Positions 44,383 through 53,749 of a DNA stretch of 64,000 bases are shown one piece after another; the first letter of the stretch is position 1; every line of letters begins with the position of its first letter. Source of the DNA: an uncultured Thalassolituus sp. (GTDB lineage Bacteria; Pseudomonadota; Gammaproteobacteria; Pseudomonadales; Oceanobacteraceae); contig CAJXUK010000015.1 in assembly GCA_913061435.1 (NCBI GenBank), forward strand, positions 324 through 64,323, read 5' to 3'. The position numbers and the translations under genes were made by a program. Below the pieces are notes generated by a model. The model did not search any database. It was not told where the DNA came from and worked only from the letters and a program-made list of their open reading frames with translations.

Positions 44383-44985
44383 TTACTTCAAACCACGTAT
44401 GTAGCTAGAAACAGCTTTGATTTCATCCATATGCATACGTGAAGCGATATCACGCATTACATTGTTCTCATCGTTATGACGATCGCCGTTGTAAAAATCG
44501 ATTAGTTGCTTTTCGGTATAAGCTTCATGCTGACCAGCAAGGCTTGGGAAGCCGGCTGCTTCAACACCTTTACCATTTGGGCTGTGACAAGCGATGCAAG
44601 CAGGAACGCCTGTTGCTTCGTTACCGCCTAAAAAGATACGTTTACCGAGTTCAACCAATTCTGGATCAACAGAACCGCCCGTTGCTGGCTTTTGCTCTGC
44701 ATAATAAGCAGCAAGGTCAGCAATGTCGGTCTCAGTTAAACCCATAACAAAACCAATCATTTCCGGAACCTGACGGTCACCATTTTTAATTTCGGTGATT
44801 TGCTTCACTAAATAACGTTCACCTTGACCAGCAATATTAGGGAAGTTAGGGGCTAAGCTATTACCGTCAGCGCCGTGGCAGGCACCACAAGTGGCCGCTT
44901 TGGTTTTTCCTGCGACCGGATCGCCTGCTTGGGTAGCAGAGATAAGGCCAACAGAAATGATTAAGCTAATCAGTAGTTTTTTCAT
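44383..44985 (-). CDS. Di-heme cytochrome c4
   Basis: Two heme motifs CGACH and CIACH, signal peptide. Confidence 0.93.
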   Translation of the reverse strand: MKKLLISLIISVGLISATQAGDPVAGKTKAATCGACHGADGNSLAPNFPNIAGQGERYLVKQITEIKNGDRQVPEMIGFVMGLTETDIADLAAYYAEQKPATGGSVDPELVELGKRIFLGGNEATGVPACIACHSPNGKGVEAAGFPSLAGQHEAYTEKQLIDFYNGDRHNDENNVMRDIASRMHMDEIKAVSSYIRGLK

Positions 44986-45013
44986 CGTCAGGTCCAGTTA
45001 TTTAAAAAATTAA

Positions 45014-45310
45014 TTATTTGCTTGTTGCCATGTGGTTGATCAATGCCTTGTACTGGTCGTCAGTACAGTCATTACACAAACCTTTTGGTGGCATTGCGCC
45101 TTTACCATTATTAACGCTAGCAACTAGTGCATCCATGCCAAGTTCAAGGCGTGGAGCCCATGCTGCGGCATCAAATGACTTAGGAGCACCAGCAACACCC
45201 ATGCTGTGGCAAATACTACAAGTTTGTTTGTACTTAGCGTCAACATCAAAAGCATTGGCATTAAAGCTAGTGGCTGCAACAAGAGTTGCAAAAAGTGCTA
45301 GTTTTTTCAT
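45014..45310 (-). CDS. Cytochrome c5-type monoheme cytochrome
   Basis: CSICH, MPPKGLCNDC. Likely start MKKLAL at 45310. Confidence 0.9.
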   Translation of the reverse strand: MKKLALFATLVAATSFNANAFDVDAKYKQTCSICHSMGVAGAPKSFDAAAWAPRLELGMDALVASVNNGKGAMPPKGLCNDCTDDQYKALINHMATSK

Positions 45311-45443
45311 AAGAGAATCCTCTTTGGGAGCTAAATTAAAATGCACGGCTTAGATTAGTCCGACTATGATACAATTACTTGCCGGATTACAAAAGCCGAT
45401 AATTATATACCATTAATTTCCTAACGGTCATTACGTTTACATT

Positions 45444-46106
45444 ATGTTAAATGCACAAACATTGATTTATACCAAGACTCGCTTCATGCAAAGCGCCGCA
45501 AAGTTCACTCAGTGCCCTCAATGGGACGGTGTAGAGATTGCCTTTGCCGGCCGTTCTAACGCTGGTAAATCGAGTGCGCTTAACGCCCTTACCGAACAGA
45601 CAAAACTCGCTCGAACCAGTAAAACCCCGGGTCGAACGCAGTTAATTAACTTTTTCCAAGTTGATGATACTCCTTATCGACTGGTGGATTTACCGGGTTA
45701 TGGCTTCGCAAAAGTACCCAAAGCGATCAAAATCGAGTGGCAAAAGCAGTTAGGCGCGTATTTAGACAAGCGAGATTGTCTTCGTGGCCTGGTTTTAGTG
45801 ATGGATATTCGTCATCCCATGACCGAATTTGACCAAACCATGGTCGACTGGGCACACGAATCCAATATGCCTTTGCATATTTTGTTAACCAAAGCCGACA
45901 AACTAAAGCGTGGCCCCGCCTCTGCCACCATGTTGCAGGTACGTAAAGCCGTTGCCAATATGGGTGATTTAGCGACGGTACAGATGTTTTCATCTTTAAA
46001 AGGTGATGGCGTAAAAGAATTACGCAAGCATTTGACCAAGTGGTTTATGGATAATACTGAGTTTCATGACGAAGATGATGTTGAAGGCAAAAAAGAGCCC
46101 GATTGA
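45444..46106 (+). CDS. engB: Ribosome biogenesis GTPase EngB (YihA/YsxC)
   Basis: [27 protein letters not shown]. Confidence 0.96.
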   Translation: MLNAQTLIYTKTRFMQSAAKFTQCPQWDGVEIAFAGRSNAGKSSALNALTEQTKLARTSKTPGRTQLINFFQVDDTPYRLVDLPGYGFAKVPKAIKIEWQKQLGAYLDKRDCLRGLVLVMDIRHPMTEFDQTMVDWAHESNMPLHILLTKADKLKRGPASATMLQVRKAVANMGDLATVQMFSSLKGDGVKELRKHLTKWFMDNTEFHDEDDVEGKKEPD

Positions 46107-46250
46107 TAATTGGGGAAATCAATCGGGCTAGACTTCGGGTATTGGGGTATACCCGAAGGAAACACAACGTTATTACTAACGTTAAACTAACTAAAAATGT
46201 CTAAAGAAGCGTTTACTGTTTCTATAACTTAACAATAGACGCTTCTTATG
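46089..46250 (-). ncRNA. Candidate structured sRNA or polA 3'-UTR RNA at the Spot 42/ErsA position
   Basis: Four hairpins (46204-46247, 46166-46183, 46133-46158, 46096-46129), the last followed by U6 on the minus strand. The last two loops both contain CCCCAA. Confidence 0.55.
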
Positions 46251-46306
46251 AATATGCCACTTTAGTCTACATGCAAAATACCTTCATACTAAAATCTACG
46301 TAAAAA

Positions 46307-49117
46307 CTAGTGCGCTTCGCCCCAGTTGTTACCAAAGCCCACATCGACAATCAGCGGCACATCAATTTTAACGGCATTTTCCATAATCTCTTTTAGCTTG
46401 GCCGAGAAGGCTTCTAGCTGCTCGGTTTTCACTTCTAATACCAGTTCATCGTGTACTTGCATGATCATTTGCGCATCAAACTCTTGTGTTGCTAACCAGT
46501 CTGCAACCTTAATCATGGCTTTTTTGATGATGTCAGCCGCGGTGCCCTGCATCGGAGCGTTAATCGCGGTGCGTTCGGCGTGTTGGCGGCGCTGGGCACT
46601 TTTGGCTTTAATATCAGGCAGATACAAACGACGGCCAAAGATGGTTTCAACGTAACCGGCATCTGCCGCGTCTGCGCGGGTATTGTCCATGTAGGATTTC
46701 ACCCCAGGATAGCGTTCAAAATACAAATCAACGTATTCTTGCGCTTGGTTTCGGCCAACCCCGAGTTGCTTGGCGAGGCCAAAGGCTGACATACCGTAAA
46801 TCAAGCCGAAGTTAATTGCCTTTGCGCTGCGGCGCATATTCGGTTCGACGTTATCAATGGTCACCCCAAATACTTCGGCGGCCGTTGCTGTATGCACATC
46901 AACGCCGTTGGCAAAAGCGGTTAATAACCCTTTATCTTTAGACAAGTGCGCCATGATGCGTAGTTCGATTTGGCTATAATCGGCGGCCACCATGGTATAG
47001 CCTTGTGGCGCGATAAAGGCATTACGAATGCGACGGCCTTCTTCGCTTTTCACTGGAATGTTTTGTAAATTCGGGTCAGTCGACGATAAGCGCCCTGTTG
47101 CTGCAGTGGCTTGATGATACGAAGTATGCAAACGGCCTGTGCGCTGGCAAATCATTAGCGGTAGCTTGTCGGTGTAGGTCGATTTTAGCTTGCTCAAACT
47201 GCGGTTTTCTAGAATAAGTTTAGGCAGCTCGTAGTCTTCAGCTAATTGAACCAACACTTCTTCGGCAGTCGATGGTGCTCCCTTGGGGGTTTTCTTCACT
47301 ACAGGCAGCTCTAGTTTTTCGAACAAGATTTCAGCCAGCTGCTTAGGAGAACCTAGGTTAAAGACCTGTCCTGCAACATCGTGGGCTTGTTGCTCTAACT
47401 CGGCCAAGCGCGCGCTAAGTTGGCCGCTTTGCTCGTGCAAAATATCAGGGTCTATTAATGCGCCATTGGCTTCGATTTTGGTAAGCACTTGCACTAATGG
47501 CAGCTCGATATCTTCAAAAACTTTTTTGAGGTCGGCTTTGTCACTTTCATTTAGCTGCGCCCAAAGCACTTGATGCAAACGCAAGGTGATGTCGGCATCT
47601 TCAGCGGCGTATGGCCCTGCGATGGCAATTTCGATATTGTCGAAGGTGACTTGTTTAGCGCCCTTGCCTGCTATTTCTTCAAACTTAGTGGTTTTAGTAC
47701 CTAAATAATACGACGCTAGGCTGTCCATATCGTGACGCGTTGCGACCGAGTTAAGAATGTAAGATTCCAGCATGGTATCGAACTGAATGCCTTTCAGCTC
47801 AATGCCGTAATTGGCAAGAACGTGAGCATCGTATTTTAAATGCTGGCCGACTTTTTTATGCTCTGCGCTTTCTAAAATAGGCTTAAACTGGGCTAAAACA
47901 GTATCGCGGTTAAGCTGAGTGGGAGCATCTTCTAAAAGCGTATCGGGGCCAATGTGGGCCAGCGGTACATAAGCCGCAGTTCCCGCTTCGATGGCGAAAG
48001 AGAAACCAACAATTTCGGCTTCCATGTAATTTAGTGACGTTGTTTCGGTATCAAAGGCGAATAATTCGGCTTTTTCTAATTTATCCAGCCATTCATCAAG
48101 CTGAGCTTGATCAAAAATAATTTGGTAATCGGTTTCGATTACATCGACTGGGAACGCAGCAAAGGAACCCGCTTCGCTTGCATCATCTTTAGATGCGTTT
48201 TTAGCATTGTTTTTAGCAAGACTAGCTGGTTTAGCAGTTGCTGTTTTGTCTTCTAAGCTTCCGCCCAGTTCAGCTACCCAGCCTTTAAATTCAAATTCGC
48301 TAAACGACGTTAACAATGCGTCTTTATCGGCAGGCTGGCTTTTAATTTCGGTAATATCTTGTTCAAGCTCAACATCGCACTTAATGGTGGCGAGTTCGTA
48401 AGAAAGTGGCAAAAATTCAATTGCTGCACGTAAATTCTCACCAATCTTTCCTTTAATTGAGTCGGCGTTATCGATCACGCCTTGTAAGGTTTCATGGGCA
48501 TCTAACCATTTAACCGCAGTTTTGGGGCCACACTTTTCAACCCCAGGAATGTTATCAACCTTATCGCCCATCAAAGACAGATAATCGATGATTTGATCCG
48601 GGCGCACACCAAACTTTTCAACAACGCCATCCACATCCATAAAAGTGTCGGTCATGGTGTTGATTAAGCTAATGTGCTCGTTAACCAATTGCGCCATGTC
48701 TTTATCACCGGTCGATATAACCACATCGCGTTTGGCGCTGGTGGCTTGGGCGGCTAACGTACCAATCACATCATCAGCTTCTACGTTATCAATCACCAGC
48801 AAGGGTAAACCCATGGCTTTAATAATGTCGTGAATGGGCTGAATCTGTACCCGTAGTTCGTCTGGCATTGAGGGGCGATTAGCTTTGTATTCTGGGTACA
48901 TGTCGTTGCGGAAGGTTTTACCCTTAGCATCAAAAATTACGATAATTTGCGACTCTGGGTAATCTTTTTGCAGCTTACGCATCATGTTGATTACGCCACG
49001 AATCGCTCCCGTTGGGTGGCCAGCGGAGTTCGTGAGCGGAGGCATGGCGTGGAATGCGCGGAATAAATACGATGAACCATCGACGAGTATAGTTGGGGCT
49101 AATGCAAAATCAGACAT
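46307..49117 (-). CDS. polA: DNA polymerase I
   Basis: LVDGSSYLFRAFHA, FDTETTS, LSSTDPNLQNIP, ADYSQIELR, QVHDELV. Confidence 0.99.
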   Translation of the reverse strand: MSDFALAPTILVDGSSYLFRAFHAMPPLTNSAGHPTGAIRGVINMMRKLQKDYPESQIIVIFDAKGKTFRNDMYPEYKANRPSMPDELRVQIQPIHDIIKAMGLPLLVIDNVEADDVIGTLAAQATSAKRDVVISTGDKDMAQLVNEHISLINTMTDTFMDVDGVVEKFGVRPDQIIDYLSLMGDKVDNIPGVEKCGPKTAVKWLDAHETLQGVIDNADSIKGKIGENLRAAIEFLPLSYELATIKCDVELEQDITEIKSQPADKDALLTSFSEFEFKGWVAELGGSLEDKTATAKPASLAKNNAKNASKDDASEAGSFAAFPVDVIETDYQIIFDQAQLDEWLDKLEKAELFAFDTETTSLNYMEAEIVGFSFAIEAGTAAYVPLAHIGPDTLLEDAPTQLNRDTVLAQFKPILESAEHKKVGQHLKYDAHVLANYGIELKGIQFDTMLESYILNSVATRHDMDSLASYYLGTKTTKFEEIAGKGAKQVTFDNIEIAIAGPYAAEDADITLRLHQVLWAQLNESDKADLKKVFEDIELPLVQVLTKIEANGALIDPDILHEQSGQLSARLAELEQQAHDVAGQVFNLGSPKQLAEILFEKLELPVVKKTPKGAPSTAEEVLVQLAEDYELPKLILENRSLSKLKSTYTDKLPLMICQRTGRLHTSYHQATAATGRLSSTDPNLQNIPVKSEEGRRIRNAFIAPQGYTMVAADYSQIELRIMAHLSKDKGLLTAFANGVDVHTATAAEVFGVTIDNVEPNMRRSAKAINFGLIYGMSAFGLAKQLGVGRNQAQEYVDLYFERYPGVKSYMDNTRADAADAGYVETIFGRRLYLPDIKAKSAQRRQHAERTAINAPMQGTAADIIKKAMIKVADWLATQEFDAQMIMQVHDELVLEVKTEQLEAFSAKLKEIMENAVKIDVPLIVDVGFGNNWGEAH

Positions 49118-49275
49118 AAATGTATCCGTAGCAATCTCTCTATGAGCATATTCTGACTGAGTAAATTTATCCTTGTTTGTTTAAGTTAAATTATACAAAC
49201 GTGCTTAAAAGTACTTAAAAAGAGTACAATGATCTAAGAGAGAGTTTTTAATATTTGAATGAGGCATAGCTTACC

Positions 49276-49575
49276 ATGATGCGCACCTTACTTGTGACTT
49301 TCGTCTGTGCTTTTGCACTGATCGGTTCCCCTGTATTTACCATGAGTGTTGCTGCTCAAACTAGCGGAGAAGAAGTGGTTATCCGTAATGACGGTGATAA
49401 AACATTTTATGAATACCGCCGTGGTGGAGAGATTGTCGAGATCAAGGTAGTGCCTAAATATGGCAAACCCTACTATTTAAAGCCAAGTGATGTGCAAAAT
49501 GCTGAAAATGGCCAGTATGTTCAGTCTGATACCCCCGAGATAGCAGTGCCAAGCTGGGTTATTTTTCGCTGGTAA
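49276..49575 (+). CDS. DUF2782-like small exported protein
   Basis: Signal peptide, EYRRGG....IKV.PK.GKPYYL, C-terminal VPSWVIFRW. Located between polA and thrB. Confidence 0.75.
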   Translation: MMRTLLVTFVCAFALIGSPVFTMSVAAQTSGEEVVIRNDGDKTFYEYRRGGEIVEIKVVPKYGKPYYLKPSDVQNAENGQYVQSDTPEIAVPSWVIFRW

Positions 49576-49680
49576 TTTTTATTAAGACGTTTTGGCTCTT
49601 GGCCTGCCAATGTTCATTTAATGTGAGTGCTCTCTTAACCAGTACTCACCCTTCTTTTGCTCAACCATTAAGTTAATTTC

Positions 49681-50706
49681 ATGTCTGTTTATACCGATCT
49701 TAGTGCCAACGATATTTCTATCTATTTAAAGCAATTTTCATTGGGTGAATATCATAGTCATCAAGGCATCAGTGCGGGGGTCGAGAACACCAACTTTTTT
49801 GTCTTTATAAAATCCGCAGATCAGTCGTTGCAAAAATATGTGTTAACGATTTTTGAACATCATAATACAAATGAAGTAGAAGGCTTTATTCGTATTGGTC
49901 GTCATTTAGCAGAGCAAAAAATTCCTGTGCCCGCCCCTATTGCGGATACGGCGGGTCGATATTTACACGCGTTAAAAAACAAGCCAGCTATTTTATGTGT
50001 GTGCCTACCGGGTTCACACCCTGTTGATATCTGTGCGGATCATTGTTGGCAAATTGGCCAAGCCTTGGCTCAGTTTCATTTGGCTGGGGAAGGTTTATCT
50101 GGATTAGATGAAAACAATCGTGGTTTGCAGTGGTGGCCAGAAATAGGCCGTGAGCTTATTCAATATAGTCTTGCCAGTATGGCTAATGGCAGTGATCCGT
50201 TATTAACTCAAGAACAGCAAGAAATTTTGGTCGATGAAGTTGAATTCCAAGAATCGAATACCGAGCTTTGGTATAGCTTGCCGCGGGGTTTGATTCATGG
50301 TGATTTATTCCACGACAATGTGTTATTCGACATTACCGCAGCACAGGCTCCTAAGCTGGGGGCAATTTTAGATATTTATAATGCCTGCCAAGATGTTTGG
50401 TTGTTTGATTTGGCTATTGTTGCCAACGATTGGTGTGCTAACGCGGTAGGTGACTGGCAGCCCGAACGTTTACCAGCGTTAATGGCGGGTTATCAGTCGG
50501 TGCGTGAATTAACCAAATCAGAACAGCAGTCTTGGGGCATGTGTTTACGCGCTGCGGCGCTGCGTTTTTGGTTAAGTCGGCTCACCACGCAACAGCATCA
50601 GGCTGATGTTATTGCGCAAGATCCCATGGCAGCTTTGGTAACGACAATTAAAGACCCTATGGAGTACTTTTTAAAGTTAGTTCGTCACCGCGATACCCAG
50701 TATTGA
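49681..50706 (+). CDS. thrB: Homoserine kinase type II (phosphotransferase family)
   Basis: MSVYT, GISAGVENTNF, IHGDLFHDN, ALRFWLSRL. Confidence 0.9.
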   Translation: MSVYTDLSANDISIYLKQFSLGEYHSHQGISAGVENTNFFVFIKSADQSLQKYVLTIFEHHNTNEVEGFIRIGRHLAEQKIPVPAPIADTAGRYLHALKNKPAILCVCLPGSHPVDICADHCWQIGQALAQFHLAGEGLSGLDENNRGLQWWPEIGRELIQYSLASMANGSDPLLTQEQQEILVDEVEFQESNTELWYSLPRGLIHGDLFHDNVLFDITAAQAPKLGAILDIYNACQDVWLFDLAIVANDWCANAVGDWQPERLPALMAGYQSVRELTKSEQQSWGMCLRAAALRFWLSRLTTQQHQADVIAQDPMAALVTTIKDPMEYFLKLVRHRDTQY

Positions 50707-50707
50707 G

Positions 50708-51574
50708 CTATTTTAAGCACTTATAAAGCGTGTCAGTGATTTGTGCTAACCACTCTACATAAGCTGTTTTTGTAAGTGTGCTAGAACCCGCTAATGGGTC
50801 TAGTTCGCCTTGATTTATGGGTAAACCATTAACTACTGTGGCAATCAACGCTGGGCTGAATTGAGGCTCTGATAAAACACAACTCACTTCGTTATTCTTT
50901 AATTGGTTGCGCATTCTTTCGATACGTTTAGCCCCAGGTTTACGTTCTGGAGACAAGGTAAATGCGCCTAGCTGCATAACGCCAACCGCTTCAAACCAAT
51001 AATCGTAAGCTTGATGAAAGACAAAAAATCCAGACTGTTTAACCGGTGCTAAAGTGGCTTTGCTTGTAGCCACCAGCTGGTTTAAACGCTGGGTAAATAA
51101 TAAATGATCTTGCATGGCTTGCTTAGTATCACTTGGATGCCAGTTTGCAATGCGCTTGCTGATTTCTATGGCGAGTTCCGGTGACAACCAAACGTGTGGA
51201 TCACTGCCGTAGATTCCCATATCTTCCATTAGGTGCGTAGCGTCTAACCACATTTTTTTATTGGTGGCTTGCTTAGCAAATTTTGCTAAGTAAGGCTCCA
51301 TGTGATGACCCGACCAAAGAATTTTATCGGCTTGGCGAATTTTACCAATGTCGGAAGGTCTTAGGCTGTAGTCGTGTGGCGACATGCCGTCGGGTACCAA
51401 GATATCGATTTGTTCACCGGGATAGGTTGCGGCAGCGATTAGCGCCAAAGGCTTGTTAGATACTAAGATTCTGGCATCTGCAACACTGGCAAAAACACTA
51501 ATGAGCAATAAAGCAGGCAGCATTAGGGTTGTTTTAAATGCAGAAGTTAACAGGTTAGTCGGTTGTTTTTTCAT
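50708..51574 (-). CDS. znuA: Zinc ABC transporter substrate-binding protein
   Basis: SPHDY, DPHVWLSP, VFHQAY, EPQF, ELDPL. Confidence 0.9.
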   Translation of the reverse strand: MKKQPTNLLTSAFKTTLMLPALLLISVFASVADARILVSNKPLALIAAATYPGEQIDILVPDGMSPHDYSLRPSDIGKIRQADKILWSGHHMEPYLAKFAKQATNKKMWLDATHLMEDMGIYGSDPHVWLSPELAIEISKRIANWHPSDTKQAMQDHLLFTQRLNQLVATSKATLAPVKQSGFFVFHQAYDYWFEAVGVMQLGAFTLSPERKPGAKRIERMRNQLKNNEVSCVLSEPQFSPALIATVVNGLPINQGELDPLAGSSTLTKTAYVEWLAQITDTLYKCLK

Positions 51575-51598
51575 AAAGATAAATAGGCAGTTGTGGTC

Positions 51599-51621
51599 AA
51601 AGTGTAATATTATAACCTTAT
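51599..51621. promoter_or_regulatory. Zur box in the znuA/zur divergent promoter
   Basis: AAAGTGTAATATTATAACCTTAT versus gammaproteobacterial consensus GAAATGTTATAnTATAACATTTC. Confidence 0.8.
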
Positions 51622-51668
51622 ATTGATGTGCTATCTGTTTTTTTATGCCAAATTTTGCGAGTTTCTAG

Positions 51669-52169
51669 ATGTCTGCCTCTGCTTACCACCCTCACGATCA
51701 TCAAGGTTGCATTAATACTGCACTGCAACAAGCTACTGAGTTATGCACTCAACAAGGTGTGCGTTTAACCCCTATTCGTAAGCGAGTTTTAGAGTTGGTG
51801 TGGCAAAGTCATAAGCCGATGGGCGCTTATGATTTACTACCAGCGCTGGCAGAAGACGGCTTTAACTCAGCGCCGCCAACGGTTTATAGGGCATTGGATT
51901 TTTTGCTGGATTTGGGTTTAGTGCATCGCTTGGCTACCTTGAATGCTTTTATTGGATGTTCTCATCCCGGGCATGAGCACGACAGCTGTTTTTTGTTGTG
52001 TAAGCACTGTGGTAGAGCACAAGAGATTAACGCAACGGCTTGGTTTTCTGGATTATCCGATGCCGCTAAAACACAAGGCTTTCAGGTTGAGCATCAGATC
52101 ACAGAAGTGATGGGTATTTGCCCTCAGTGTAGTGATTTGCCAGCAACATTATCAGCGGAGCTGGGTTAA
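51669..52169 (+). CDS. zur: Zinc uptake regulator Zur
   Basis: Fur family: RLTPIRKRVL, PPTVYRALDFL, CKHC and CPQC. Sits in the znu locus. Confidence 0.93.
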   Translation: MSASAYHPHDHQGCINTALQQATELCTQQGVRLTPIRKRVLELVWQSHKPMGAYDLLPALAEDGFNSAPPTVYRALDFLLDLGLVHRLATLNAFIGCSHPGHEHDSCFLLCKHCGRAQEINATAWFSGLSDAAKTQGFQVEHQITEVMGICPQCSDLPATLSAELG

Positions 52170-52963
52170 TGAATCCTGAGTTAGTGATCGTCACCCCTGA
52201 GCCCGAGGTGTTAATCAGTGCCCAGGGTATTAACCAAACATGGGGAAATCGCCATGTTTTGCAAAACATCGATATTGCCATTAGTGAGAATGAAATTGTA
52301 ACCATTATTGGCCCTAACGGTTGTGGCAAATCCAGTTTATTAAGAATTCTATTAGGATTAAATACTGCAGACGAGGGCACAGTAACGCGCCGTAAAGGAT
52401 TGCGCATTGGTTATATGCCACAAAAATTGCGTATCGACGAACGCTTACCATTAACCGTAACGGGTTTTTTGATGCTGGCTCCTGGTGCGCGCAAACAGCG
52501 AGTAGCAGAATGGTTAGAGCGTTTGTCGGTAAGCGCTTTGGCTGATCAGCCTGTTCAGCAATTATCTGGTGGTGAGTGGCAGAGGGTTTTATTAGCAAGA
52601 GCTTTATTAATAGAACCCCACTTGTTGGTATTAGATGAACCTGTGCAAGGCGTTGATATTCAGGGCCAGCGAGAGCTGTATCAATTGTTGCCCGAATTAA
52701 GAAATGAATTGGGCTGCGGTATCGTCTTAGTATCTCATGACTTGCACCTAGTGATGGCGGCGACCGATCGTGTGATTTGTCTTAATGGCCATGTATGTTG
52801 CTCAGGACACCCTGACCAAGTAAGTGTCAGTGACGAATACAACACGCTTTTTGGCCGCCAGTTAGTTGTACCCGAAATAGCTCCAGAGCTGGCGCATTAC
52901 ACCCATCACCACGATCATACGCATTGCGCCGATGGTCATATCGAGGATAAGCAAAATGATTAG
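52169..52963 (+). CDS. znuC: Zinc ABC transporter ATPase
   Basis: GPNGCGKS, LSGGEWQR, LDEP, His-rich tail. Confidence 0.95.
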   Translation: MNPELVIVTPEPEVLISAQGINQTWGNRHVLQNIDIAISENEIVTIIGPNGCGKSSLLRILLGLNTADEGTVTRRKGLRIGYMPQKLRIDERLPLTVTGFLMLAPGARKQRVAEWLERLSVSALADQPVQQLSGGEWQRVLLARALLIEPHLLVLDEPVQGVDIQGQRELYQLLPELRNELGCGIVLVSHDLHLVMAATDRVICLNGHVCCSGHPDQVSVSDEYNTLFGRQLVVPEIAPELAHYTHHHDHTHCADGHIEDKQND

Positions 52964-53741
52964 CTGGTGGTTATTACCCTTGTTTGCAGGTTTGGGCGTA
53001 GCCGCGACAGCCGGGCCACTAGGTAGCCTAGTGGTATGGAGAAGGTTGGCTTTTTTTGGCGACACGTTAGCTCATGGTGCCTTGCTGGGCATTACCTTGG
53101 GTATTTTGTTTGAGGTGCATCTAACCTTAGCGCTCATTCTATCTTGTTCAGCGTTAGCACTGATCTTATTGCAGCTTGATAAATACACAGGTATCGCTTC
53201 TGATACCTTGTTAGGTATTTTATCTCATTCATCGCTGGCTATTGGCTTGGTTGTGTTAAGTTTTTTTGATGTTCGTATTGATCTAATGGCTTACCTATTT
53301 GGCGACTTACTGGCAGTGAATCAAACTGATTTATTATGGATATTGATCGGCGGTTCGTGTGTTATAGGGCTCATTGTGTGGCAGTGGCGTGGTTTATTAG
53401 CCTCTACCGTGAGTGAAGAGTTGGCGGCCATTGATGGTTACCCAGTAAGGCGTTTAAAAGCTATGCTGGTTTTGCTGCTAGCATTAGTAGTGGCGATATC
53501 AATGAAAATAGTGGGCGTATTATTGATCAGTGCTTTGTTGATTATACCAGCAGCAGCGGCACGACCATTAGCAAAAAGCCCAGAACAAATGGCCATGCTA
53601 GCGAGTGTTATTGGCATGGTTTCGGTATGTGCCGGAATGGCGATATCATTTGTTTGGGACACGCCTACAGGGCCTAGCATTGTAGTATCTGCAGCAAGTA
53701 TTTTTGTACTTAGCCAGTTGGTTAATTCATATAGGAAATAG
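52956..53741 (+). CDS. znuB: Zinc ABC transporter permease
   Basis: GSLVVWRRLAFFGDTLAHGALLG, YLFGDLL, LLIIPAAAAR. Likely ATG at 52956. Confidence 0.95.
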   Translation: MISWWLLPLFAGLGVAATAGPLGSLVVWRRLAFFGDTLAHGALLGITLGILFEVHLTLALILSCSALALILLQLDKYTGIASDTLLGILSHSSLAIGLVVLSFFDVRIDLMAYLFGDLLAVNQTDLLWILIGGSCVIGLIVWQWRGLLASTVSEELAAIDGYPVRRLKAMLVLLLALVVAISMKIVGVLLISALLIIPAAAARPLAKSPEQMAMLASVIGMVSVCAGMAISFVWDTPTGPSIVVSAASIFVLSQLVNSYRK

Positions 53742-53749
53742 AACGCCTT

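Noticed and set aside
45311-45324. AAGAG/CTCTT mini-hairpin over the cytochrome c5 RBS
   Set aside because: A 5-bp stem is too weak to call a thermometer or switch.
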